NCBI RefSeq assembly: GCF_000150275.1
Contig: NW_002060968.1
Coordinates: 467,788-531,787, forward strand
Origin: Trichoplax adhaerens
Taxonomy: Eukaryota > Animalia > Placozoa
DNA length: 64,000 bases
Direction of reading: 5' to 3'
Each line of letters begins with the position of its first letter. The stretch's first letter is position 1. Under the pieces are notes generated by a model. It saw only the letters and a program-made list of their open reading frames with translations. It was not told where the DNA came from and did no database searches. Position numbers and translations under genes: made by a program. This document shows, piece after piece, positions 1-11,946 of this stretch.

Positions 1-1583
1 ACTATTCGGCATCTACCGCTTAACTACAGCATCCAATATGACGAGCTGAGCTAATTGAACGCTGAGAAAGCTGAGCCCTGAGCTAACTAAACGCGGAGCT
101 GCTGCTATGCAGCAAAATATAATTACACCAAGGCTACCATTATGGCTCCTTCTATCGTAGTATCAACATTAATTACATATATTATACGCCAATTAATAAT
201 TCCATATTTATCAGTCGTATTTACGTACATTTTGATATACTACGCATATGATGGGATGAGAATAGTGCCTTAAATTACAGTAATTGTAGCGCTTGTGTAT
301 AAGAAGTATAGGAGCAGAATGGAGTGAAACATTATGTAACTAAGCAGCTTAAAATAGTCGATGGTAAGTGAAAACGTAATTGTGGATTGTGACTGATATA
401 ATAAAACGTCCAGCTTGTACTGTTCGAATTAATGACGATTATTGGAATTTCTAATAATAATGATTTAGTGTTATAAGATATTCTGACTGTATGTTACTCA
501 GTAATTCAATGGAAAAACTGCTATGACACATGTTCTAAGCTAATCCTTTTCATTAGTATTCAAGCATCATTAAAAAATATAGCATCTAGTATGAGCCCCG
601 TAATAAAGAATTACTACAAATTATGTATTACTATGATAGGGTTTTCTATTTAAACGATATTGCAATAACCGGTACTGTAGGTATTTCCATTTAATTATCA
701 CACTTTAATGCACTTACAAGTTAGTAACTCCAAACAACCGTGGACATCATACTGAGCTATGGCATTAGCTAGCTATTATACCTTTTCCTCTCTACAATCC
801 TTTTGGTATGCTAGCATTACATCGTGCACAAGTTCGTCCATTGAGATACATGAGCAACTGTTTACGAATCTTCTTCGCTTCTCGCTCGCTTTAGCCTTAA
901 ATTCATCTCCAACTAATATAACTGTTAGCATAGCATGTAACTATGACAGCGTTTATAAACTTTTCCTCTCTGCAGCTGCTGTACGGTAATTTTAATATTT
1001 ATTTTTCTGCTAACAAACTAACCCGTAGTGTAACGATAAATCCATGAATTATGTTATCTTATAGGGTTATACAATTACTATGGAAAGTTACAACATTGTG
1101 TCTGTTACGCTATATTGTAACGTATACTGCTGAAACTTAATAAAATTATGTATTAATGTAGTAACAGCTATATAAAATGACAAAACTACGCTTGCTTTGT
1201 CTTTTGTTTTGTATAGCAACATATGCTACTACTGGCTATTCTAAAATTGCACCATAGATGCCTGTTATTTTTATTAAAACTGCAAATTGATTACAATTTT
1301 GCCATTTAAGTATTTACTGCTTCAATGCATTCAGTTTTGAGATGAATTGCTTTCCAATGGCATATAATTTACAATAATATTCAAAATATTAAACATTCAA
1401 AATGAGATAGTAATCTAATGTAATGCTGAAGGAGAGATTATGGCAAGCCTTCAGATATATTTGCTTTTACAGGTGCCGTTGGAGTGGTACTGTATACCTC
1501 TTAACATTTGCCTTTAGAATATCCAATACGAAAAGCATATTTTGATGAAAAATTACTATCATCTCAGCAATATAAATCTTACC

Positions 1584-2024
1584 ACATTCCTTTTAAATAA
1601 TCGCAATTCATTCTTTAATCAAGAAATATTTTCAATTTTCAATCTTTAGAAGTTTCTCCTATCATATTCTTTATTGCATGCTTCAATGAAAAAAATTCAG
1701 AAAATCTATAAAATGTAGCAATTTCTTATGTATTTAAGAAAAAATTCTTACTGTATGATTTTATAAAGTTGCACATGTAATGATTTGAAGAGACTACACT
1801 GTAAATCATATATTAAACATTTCCTTTTGCATTCTTTAATCTTAAAGAATTTTTAATTTTGTAAACCTCAGTAATTCTCCTTATTACAGTATAATTCCTG
1901 TTATTCTTAAATTCTGAAAAATTCTTGAATTTTATAAAGTAAAGTAATTTCTTATGTTTTAATTTATCGAAGAGAAGATCATCACTGTATGATTTTATAA
2001 AATTTTATATATAATAATTGAAAG
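1584..2024. repeat. Degenerate direct duplication, two units, period about 235 bp
   Basis: Shared blocks such as CATTCTTTAATC, AATTTCTTATGT and ACTGTATGATTTTATAAA recur about 235 bp apart (about 1584-1790 and 1817-2024). Boundaries approximate. Confidence 0.6.
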
Positions 2025-5000
2025 TATAATAATAGATACTACTCTAGCAGAGCTTTAATGAATACGTAACATCTGAAAGTTTACTATCGTAATTCCTGAT
2101 CGTTCAAGGTTAGCATACTTACTTAATGTTTAATATTTTGAATATAATTGCGATCTATACCACTGCTAGGCAAATTTCTCATAGGATATCATAGTAAATT
2201 TATAGCAGTAATATCTGTTAATATACAAAATATCATGGAAAAAAAGCATAATGTTGCAATTTTATATAGTATGATCCGTATGTGCAGTTTGAATTAATTG
2301 CAATGGCCAATAGTTGGTATTTTAGTCATTTTTAAAGGCCAAAAGAGTTACTGTAATCTGATGGATCGCGTAATAATGCAGCCAACGGCACCTACAAGAA
2401 CATAGTTTGTAGATTTATCGATGTACATAATTTTGAAATACTATTGTATAATATATATCACGATTTTATCGTGTTTACTATTTCTAAGCACATTGATTTC
2501 TTTAAAAAGGTGAAGAATAAAATTCTTCTTCTCGCTGCAACTCTTTTAATGCAAGGCTCAACTACTGCTACCCGTAAATTTCATGGCTACAACTGGTTAA
2601 TTGTAATCTTTTTTAATTGAGGCCACTTGATGATAGAACTTAGTATATGAAATTTTAAAATCCCTGTAATTTGGTACTATCATTCTACTTTACATTGTTC
2701 AATAGCTGCAACTTTAATTACAGCTGTTCTATTTAGCTAAAGGATGAATCTTATAGGTAATACACGAAAGCTTAACATTAGAGAATGAGTAATTATACGG
2801 TTGACCAGAAATTGTATTTTGATGTGACATATTATTTTCATACTCCTTCGTAGAGTGACATACTTCTACTAAGATTATGCTTAAACAAGAAGTTCAGGGA
2901 TATTTTCAGTATCTTGATTCTGTATTCTACTGCATTCCATCTAATTGTTTATGTCCCTCGAATGTAAACTCTTTCTAAGCACAGTGAATAAGAGCAAGCC
3001 TATTAACTTGATAAATCAGTTTCACAATATCTGTTATTCTACAAAATAGTTGTCGATAGAACACTAAGCACCGTTATGCAGTTGTTTTAAGGTGTAAGGA
3101 ATTTTTAAAAATACAATTTGCTGTCTTTGTATCAACCACAATGATTTTGATATAGGATAAATAAATTTTAGTTAAAATGTATGTCTAATGAAAATGGAAA
3201 GCAACTGCTGCAGTATCTTTCTACAGGATATAATAAATAAATTTCCTGCACACTTTGATAAAGGTTGTAACAAACAACTTTGTTGGCACCAAATTGTAGA
3301 GCAAGGGTATTTACTAATTTATTTGCGGTAGCATTAGTAATCTGCTACAAATGCTGACAAGACTGCCTAAGAAATATATTGTAGTATCAATATTTTCTTG
3401 ATGAAATTATCACTTTGACTGGACAGAAACATGAAAACAAGCTTAGTTTAATAAGAGCTATTAATAGAGTTATGTAAACTACAAGATAATTCTTACCTTT
3501 ATTACTAGAAATTTCTTTGCTCAAATATAAAATTTTATGTAGTGAATCAATTATATTTATTTAATAAACTTGGCAGTGAAAGTCTAGAATCAAATTAGTG
3601 ATGTCATTAATTTGTATATGTCATTGCTTTAAATTGTTATCAAATGGCGGTTAAAATGTTGGGAAATAAATCCTATAAAATCCATATTAAATTTGAATTT
3701 TAGTACTATTGAGACGAAAACATAAATTAGTCGCTTGTTGGTTGCATTGTTCAACTTATTCCCTAAGAACAGGATAGCAAACATTACCGGTAAAGTAGCT
3801 TTGAAATTCGTCATTGTAGTATTTTTTTCAAAATATTTGTACTGTCCTTGTAGAAAGCTTTTCCAATCAAAAATAATTCAAATACTGCTTGAAAGATTCG
3901 CCATAAGATCATTTTCAAGATAATACGATAGAAAGCTTAGTCAATAATCTCATCTACAATAATTTTATGATAGCATCAGATCATTATTGCCAATTTCAGA
4001 TTCAAATTTATATAGAAAGATTTGAAATTTATATCCAAAAGTTACAGTGTCTTGTACACCTGTATGAAGTGGAAATCAAATCTTAAACGAAGTCATTTTG
4101 CCCATCATCGTCCGAAAAAGAGATCTTTAGCAGATAGAGGAAATTCAATATCAACGAATTATTTGATGAAAATGAGCCTCCAGTAATGATAGCGTATCGT
4201 CAACAATAAGTCAAGTAGGAGCGGTTATTTTACCAATTTTTATATCTTGAAAAATTTGAATATAACGATGGACGATCCTATTTTTACTGTTACTTGATAT
4301 CCATTAAATTATGTAATAAAGTGAAATAGCTCATTACTTTACTATTTGATTAACTATTATCCAACTATGATCAGGCTCGTTTTACCCGCATAGAAAAAAT
4401 CTGGAAAGAACTTAGATGTAATTACATTATTTATTATAACCTTATAAACAGATGTTGCTTTTTAAGTACTTTTGAAATCTATAAGTTAAGTCTGATAATA
4501 CGGTACTTATCAGAATTGATGTACTTTATGACGCCCAATTTTTCCTGTAATTCATAGTTTTCGAAATCTTAAATCTGTGGATTGCTATTTCTAATAGGAA
4601 AAATTCCCCTTTTAACATTCTGCTCATGCTATAAATTAATTATGAGATAACATGTCATCTGTCACATTCGTTTCATTTTAGAAAAAATTTATAACTGCCT
4701 TAATAATTAATATGTTTTATAAGTCTGCTCATTAAAGTTACTTAAACACAAGCCATAATCGAATCGTCGCTAATGACAACATCAAAATAAATCAAAATAT
4801 TCAAAGAATGAACGCTATCAACAATGGCTAACTAATTCCCAAAATTAGCAATACAATATATGTTTACTTATACAGAAATTATGTTGATATAAATACAGTT
4901 TATTTAGTTTAAATATGCAATATAACACAATGTTGAACTTGTACTAAAGTGATATAAAAGATAGTTTGATAATAGTCTATTTTTTATTTAAAAAGTGTCC

Positions 5001-7009
5001 CAATCTTTACAATATAACATTCAAAGGCGTTAAACTGCTTTTACTTCTTATTGGTTACCAGTAACCGGAAGCTTTTCTAAACTGGCAGTCTACTGCAAGC
5101 TTAATGAAACTCAATTGAAGCATACAATTGATTTAATCTGACAATTCGCGGCATTTATGGTTTTACAGTACAATCTCATATATCAAGTTTAGCATTTTCA
5201 GTAATTTTACGAGAATGTGCAACATTAAAGTGAGATTCAAGATAGATGATAATCCCTATGAAATGGGTGTAGATTTAATAATTAATATTTTTAAGGTGGT
5301 ATCAATTATGGTAATTATGGTTCTTCAATAGTAAATATTGATATAATATTTACATTTGAAGTTCGAGAATTTTCATATTTATATTATATTAAATACCTCG
5401 AGTTGCTTCTAGTATAATGAAATGTCTACAAGAAGTCTTCTGATTGCAATTTACAATCTTAAAATTGCATTAAAATTAGTTAAAAAGGTCTGCTTCATAT
5501 CTATATCTAGATTTTACCATTCTAATCAAGGTCACCTGTCAAGATAGAATCGAAATAAACCGTAATTTCTCAGTATAATTTCACTGACACAAGGGTGCAT
5601 GCTTGCAGTATTGATAAATGAAAACTCAATTTCAAGTTGCGCTAATTCGTTAGCTATTATAATGTTGATACTCATATGAATTATAGTATTTAGGATGATG
5701 TCAGTCAGTATAAGTTTGCAAGTCCATTTAAGAAGGAAAGTATTATCACTTTAATACAATGTTAAAGAAGATAGAGAATTTACAATCTAATTTTTTATGA
5801 TAAAATGACCAGCAGGTTGATAATTTACTGATATCAATTGAGCTGCTATTGCTACCCGATGATTGAATTACTCCTTTTAATTTAGTACAGTAGCTCATTC
5901 TTTGTCTATTTACAAAAGCTGGTTTTGAAAAGCTATAGAATTTGAAATTACTTCCGTTCAAATGATACTGTAAATGATAAAATATTGAATAAAGAATATT
6001 AAACCGACAAAGCTAACGGATTACTCGTAGTTTAGTATAGAAATAAATCAGCTGAAGAGAATGAATAATTATTGTGATTAAAAAGTGAATTTGCTTATGC
6101 AGTAGATATTTGGTAAATTGGTTGATTTTCTAGTACCTTACTTAAATAGTGCCTAGTCAAACTGCTCGTATATGCCATAAAATCGAAAGTTTATTTTACA
6201 ATGTGAAGTACAATTACTCTCTTATAAGACTAACTACCAGTATGCTAAAAAATTTTTCATTAAATATTTAAAGGTGATATTTCGAAATAAAACCCGAAAA
6301 TCTCCTTATTGATTAGTTCCTCATTCCAAATAGTGCATTAATGCTAGAACTCTTTGACTAGCTACTTTTTACCTATCATTTTATTGCCTATATCAGCTTT
6401 ATTGATTGTAAACTGATAAAGTACTTTTAATTGGGTTTTTCTAATATGTTTAGCTTGCTTTCTGCTCTTAATAAGATACTGTATGAAGTAGATAGCTCCA
6501 CAATTAGATTTGATATTTCCGTATGATTTTAATATTGTGTAATTATAAACATTTTTAAATTAGTAATCCATACTTTTCAACTCATCTTCCAGAATATTAA
6601 TAAATAATGTATTATAAACCAGTAATTTTACACAGTCATGCATTGTACAGCACAAACAGTTGTAAATTTGGCTAACTATTGCTTTACGCTAGAAAGCATT
6701 AAAAATACATGGTTACATTCGAGTGTAATACTCTTTTAATTTACCTTCTCACAATTACGATTAAGTAAGTAAATCTTCAGACAAAACTGCATGAAAGAAT
6801 TAGATATTGCTCAACTGGTTTAGACTCAAGTAAGAAAAGCTACTTTGGATATTTCGGCATTCCGAAACTATGGCATACTCTACATCACATACATTAGTAG
6901 AATAGTTAAGTAGCTGCTGACATTTATTTTCATACGAATTGGTAATATTTTATCGGTTATTCAAAACAAAATCTTGGAAATAAATTCTTAAATTTAGTTA
7001 TCATTGTAC

Positions 7010-7595
7010 TGTCACGGTACGCCGTTACTAATTAAGTAACTGTTGATTAATGAATGCTTAAGAATAGATAAGATAAGGTTATGTGCCATGTTTAATGCGC
7101 TTATAGCTGATAATAGGATGGTAGAAATGAGATAAAAATAGAAGTTGTTAGCAGTTAATTTACTGTAGGTTTATAAGGTGTGTTAATCTCTAAAAATAGA
7201 GCCGTATATGGACGAAGGTTAAGCGTCTTAACACCTGATAGCTTGTAGCTATCTAAGTCTGAGAATATCGACATGTATATTTAGTAATGGTATTATACTA
7301 ATTAATGCAACTTGTAAAGCATGAATTCTCACTCGGTAATATTGGAATTCACTTCAGAAACCTATTTAAGCGCATGTGTTTGTAGAATAAAGTTAGTAAT
7401 TGCTCAAGAAACGGCAAGACTCATATCGTAAAGAATAGTGTAATAATTAGTCAGTTGTCAGTGGAGATCAGCCGAGAAATCGAGTTCTCAAATACTTCTC
7501 TCATAGAAACTGAAAGTACTGGGAGAAATAGCCCAAGTTTAAGTAACTACACTAGAGTTCTTTACTTTCCTTTGCCACAAGTGAGGGTTGTGACA
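7010..7595 (+). mobile_element. Solo-LTR-like element, family A copy 1 (586 bp)
   Basis: Termini TGTCAC...GTGACA; perfect 5-bp TSD TGTAC (7005-7009 / 7596-7600); TATA-like TATTTAAG at about 7363 followed by AATAAA at 7386; about 97% identical to 7794-8380. Confidence 0.9.
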
Positions 7596-7793
7596 TGTAC
7601 TTGTAGCTCGAGCTGATTGTATTATAATTAGTAATCTGGAACTCTAAAATGCAAAATTCAACAATTTTGGGATTCATAAACTGCCATAGTTGTAAAATAT
7701 CTAAATTGCGTAATCCTAGATTAAAATTGCCGCTTTGGGAGATTTTATTGTAAGAGCAATTGTAAAATGGTTAGATTATAGAAATTGTAATAT

Positions 7794-8380
7794 TGTCACG
7801 GTACGCCGTTACTAATTAAGTAACTGTAAATTAATGAATGCTTATGAATAGATAAGATAAGGTTATGTGCTATGTTTTAATGCGCTTATAGCTGATAATA
7901 GGATGGTAGAAGTGAGATAAAAATAGAAGTTGTTAGCAGTTAATTTACTGTAGATTTATAAGGTGTGTTAATCTCTAAAAATTGAGCTGTATATGGACGA
8001 AGGTTAAGCGTCTTAACACCTGATAGCTTGTAGCTATCTAAGTCTGAGAATATCGACATGTATATTTAGTAATGGTATTATACTAATTAATGTAACTTGT
8101 AAAGCATGAATTCTCACTCGTTAATATTGGAATTCACTGTAGAAACCTATTTAAGCGCGTGTGTTTGTAGAATAAAGTAAGTAATTGCTCAAGAAACGGC
8201 AAGACTCATATCGTGAAGAATAGTGTAATAATTAGTCAGTTGTCTGTGGAGATCAGCCGAGAAATCGAGTTCTCAAATACTTCTCTCATAGAAACTGAAA
8301 GTACTGGGAGAAATAGCCCAAGTTTAAGTAACTACACTAGAGTTCTTTACTTTCCTTTGCCACAAGTGAGGGTTGTGACA
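7794..8380 (+). mobile_element. Solo-LTR-like element, family A copy 2 (587 bp)
   Basis: Termini TGTCAC...GTGACA; its own perfect 5-bp TSD AATAT (7789-7793 / 8381-8385); about 16 substitutions and 1 indel versus copy 1 by manual count. Confidence 0.9.
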
Positions 8381-9429
8381 AATATATGCTTAAATTTCAC
8401 CTTAGTTATGCTACTCAACAAATTCATGACAAGAGAGATGATATATTTTGTTTTACTTGAATTGATTACTTATATACTAATCTAACCATTTATGTCAATG
8501 ATAGCCTATTTTTGGGTTTTTTAGATCTTCAATTGACAAATATGGAATACTCAGATGAGAATTAAGAAATTTGCTTCTGTACCACGATCATCTAGAAATA
8601 CTTTCAATTTGGCGCTCTTCTATAGTAGCAGAAGTTCATTAGCCGCAAAGTAATTAATTTTCCCTTTCTTACTAAAGATCACATGATGATGATGGATGAC
8701 GTAGATGGTTAATAACATTTCTACATTCTATGTATTTAATTTCGTTTAAATAATAAAAGATTCTTTGCAAAGGATCACGTTCATGGCGAAATTACAAAGA
8801 CCATAACAACATCACATAGGTAAATCAATGAAGATTGCATCGCACGTGCAGGGATGCACTAACTTCTGTGCTAGTATTCTTGTGATTTAAATGGGAAAAG
8901 ATCGATTAACTACGGAAGTAACTCCAAAATAGAAGGCATATTAATAATATTTAACCGTTTAACCATTGCTTCTTTAATAAAAATTAATGACAATTCCACT
9001 GAAAAAACAATATGCATTTGACATTGGTAGCGGAACATATAATTAATACGTTGTCAATATTTAGCTAATCGATTCGGCGCTTCGTTAGGTATTTTTAGTT
9101 GTAGGTCTTGACTAAAGGCCATCATTAAGTACATATTGTGCTTATCTTGAACCTTAATCTTTAGATTAATATATAATTTACGCCATTCCTTCGTAAGTAC
9201 ATATAAAATTATCGACTGGAAAGATTCGATTAATTTGAATTCATATCAGTTACAGTAGGATAGTTTCTATAGCAATAGTCAGCCGTGTTGATGATTATTT
9301 TCACTAAGAAAAGTCTTTGATCAATTCTAGCCTTTAAATTTGACGGCTTCAAATACCTTAGCTTTTTGACCTAAAATAATAACAAATAAGAATTTGAAGA
9401 CAATCATGGTATCTATATTTTTAAGCCCG

Positions 9430-9795
9430 ATTTCATTATGCACATTTTTATTATATTGCCATACCTTGCGACTGTTAATGAAATGATGAATAAATTTTTA
9501 CCTTTTAATCATGTAGAATATGTTTAATTTTATGCTTAAGTGATATTGATTTGTTTCGTTGGCTTTTTCTATATTGCTCGAACCTTGCGACTACTACTGA
9601 TACGGCAAATAATTGGTGGCAATGTAATCGCGTCGGGTATTCTCAATTTCTTATTGTTATGATAGGATTCTTTTCGTTGGCTTTCATTACATTACTATAC
9701 CTTGCAACTGTCAAAGATATGGCCAATAAATTACGACATTGTATTCACGTAGAATATTTCTAATTCTTGCTGTTGTGATAGTGCTTCGTTTCCAA
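9430..9795. repeat. Degenerate tandem repeat, three units of about 120 bp
   Basis: Motif ACCTTGC(G/A)ACT at about 9463, 9582 and 9698, each followed by AATAA(A/T)T and later (G/C)GT(AGAA/CGGG)TAT. Boundaries approximate. Confidence 0.7.
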
Positions 9796-10950
9796 TGTGA
9801 ATGCTTATGATAATCATTGGAAATTATGTCTAAAGGATATCATAATTTTATAAACTGCTTTATTTTACGATCTTTAAATTTCCATTATCTTAATGCTAAA
9901 TCGAGTAAAAATTGAGGTCGAGAAGAAGTGTTGAACTGTTTGTTTGCCGATCGTGTGGTATTTAATAGTCTTCATTCACCGTATACAGTAAAATGCTTTA
10001 AATTACTGCTGTAGTAGTCTACTAAAGCTAAGAAATTGAGATTCGAAGCAATGAGGGCAGTAGAATTGTGTCTCGGTGATTCTATGCTATTTTAGGCTTT
10101 TATTAACTTAAAATGTTTAAAATCATAACTTTCTGTCACGCATAATCCACCATTAATTTAAACATAACGATAATGTGATGCCTAGAAATCATGTCATTCT
10201 TAGCTAGTCAATATCCTACTTGATAGTCTTAGTTAGTTAACCTTTAAGCATACCATGAAGTATTGAAATGCTGATATTATAACGTCTTATTCGGAGTTAT
10301 GGTCTCTTTTGCGAATTTAAAGTTGGCATAATTGCAAGCTATCTTTCAATACTGCCATAGAATGATCGCGTAGAGCCAAAGTTTTGAACAGTTTCAAATC
10401 ATCAAATTGTAAAGATATACCAAGAGATTTGATAGATGATAATTATTTATTGTTTGTTAACTAGCTAAGTGGGTTGTTACGTTTAATGTTCTATTTCACA
10501 GATGTAAAAATAGTAATGCAATAAGATAAATACGATAGTAAATATATTTACTAATACTGAAAGTGTTGACGCAGGCTGACTCATCTTACACATAGAAATT
10601 TATTATTCAGCTATTTAATTCAGATTTGGATGACAAGAGTATCATTAAATATGAAGAATAGGAACCACGGTGTTATTCAACTGTCCCAAACAATAAGCCA
10701 CCGGAATAAATTTACAAAAGCTAAAAATTATCAATTACATCAATTTAGATAAAGGAAATTTTAGCAATTTTATACTGTTGCTAGAAATGAAGGTGTTACT
10801 GTAAATAAAATGGGTTGATGTCAAATTTGCGACTTCTGCCTACGTATGCTCGAGTTTATTATGGCTTCCTATAATACTTGACTGTGACTATTAATATGGA
10901 TCCTGAAATATCTCGAGGTTCAAGCTTTGATGAGACCTAATAAAATTAAA

Positions 10951-11946
10951 TTAACTACGTCTTAGAGAATCTTGTCTGATTTTAGCTGATAAACAGTGAT
11001 AGAGAGTAATGCGGACATCTTTAATTAAGTAGCCATATAAGATTGCATTAACAGCGGGATAACTGAAGGCCATGTAACGCGTATAGGTTAAAAAATAGAC
11101 TATACCACGTAATTTACTTAGTACAGTCCAAGGGACAAATATAAATAATAGGTAGTAGACGTAGTATGGTGTCCACATGACAAAATAGGTAGATACCAGG
11201 ATAGCAAGCACCTTCGCGGTCTTATAATGTCTCTTTGATGTTGAATTTTGCCTAACGACGGGTTGATGAACATGATAGATAGCGTGCTTTTTGGCTAAAC
11301 GTAAGCTGAACGATTTTGCGGCGCAAAATAAACGGATGTAAACGAAAGTCATGATAATAAATGGCAAGATATAGAACAAGATAACATGAATGACGGTATA
11401 AGTCATCTCTCTATCGATCTCCTTCATATTCCAAAATATACATGCACCGGGGACTAGTGGTCGAAAGGTCATGACTGGTAAAAAGCCAAGAATCAGCGAA
11501 CTGGCCCAAATTGCGACAACGTTAAGTAAGGCATACACAGGTTTCGAATTTTTGCGATAGAATACAGGCGATTCTATAGCAATTAATTTGTCAATACTAA
11601 CAGCTAGAAGATGTAAATTAATGGAGATGATAATAGTTGGTGAAATGTTATACATCAATGTACAATAAAGCCAATGATCTCTTCCTTGAGAAGGGTGCCC
11701 GAAACGAGGATAAAGATAGGTTAAAGCGAATAGAATATCTGCGGTAAACATACTTGCCATAATGATATGAGTAAAGTTTCGCAAACGTTGTTTGGCAGAA
11801 ATGATGATAATATTCACTAAATTGAATACAACTGTTAAGGTTGCCATTACATTCCATGCTATAAGCCATCCTACCTCAGGTAGTCTTGCTCTATTACCAT
11901 TTGACGTTGTATTTGATAAGTTAACCGTTTCCTGACTGCCTGGCAT
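10951..11946 (-). CDS. Intronless class A (rhodopsin-like) 7TM GPCR, 331 aa, orphan
   Basis: Single ATG-initiated ORF with seven hydrophobic segments; N-glycosylation sequons NLS/NTT in a short N-terminus; TM1 Asn, TM2 ADILF, TM3 WLYC...SIDKLIAI, TM4 Trp, ECL2 Cys, TM5 YILPF...Y, TM6 MWTPY, TM7 PAVNAILYG. Confidence 0.95.
   Translation of the reverse strand: MPGSQETVNLSNTTSNGNRARLPEVGWLIAWNVMATLTVVFNLVNIIIISAKQRLRNFTHIIMASMFTADILFALTYLYPRFGHPSQGRDHWLYCTLMYNISPTIIISINLHLLAVSIDKLIAIESPVFYRKNSKPVYALLNVVAIWASSLILGFLPVMTFRPLVPGACIFWNMKEIDREMTYTVIHVILFYILPFIIMTFVYIRLFCAAKSFSLRLAKKHAIYHVHQPVVRQNSTSKRHYKTAKVLAILVSTYFVMWTPYYVYYLLFIFVPWTVLSKLRGIVYFLTYTRYMAFSYPAVNAILYGYLIKDVRITLYHCLSAKIRQDSLRRS

Noticed and set aside
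1-528. Possible right part of another LTR ending in ...CTATGACA, with short GCTGAG repeats near the start
   Set aside because: The left end would be outside the window, the TSD is not testable, and there is no terminal hairpin or second copy.
7010-8380. TRIM or miniature LTR retrotransposon (two LTRs plus a 198-bp internal region)
   Set aside because: Outer flanks differ (TGTAC vs AATAT), each copy has its own TSD, and no PBS or PPT is visible in the spacer.
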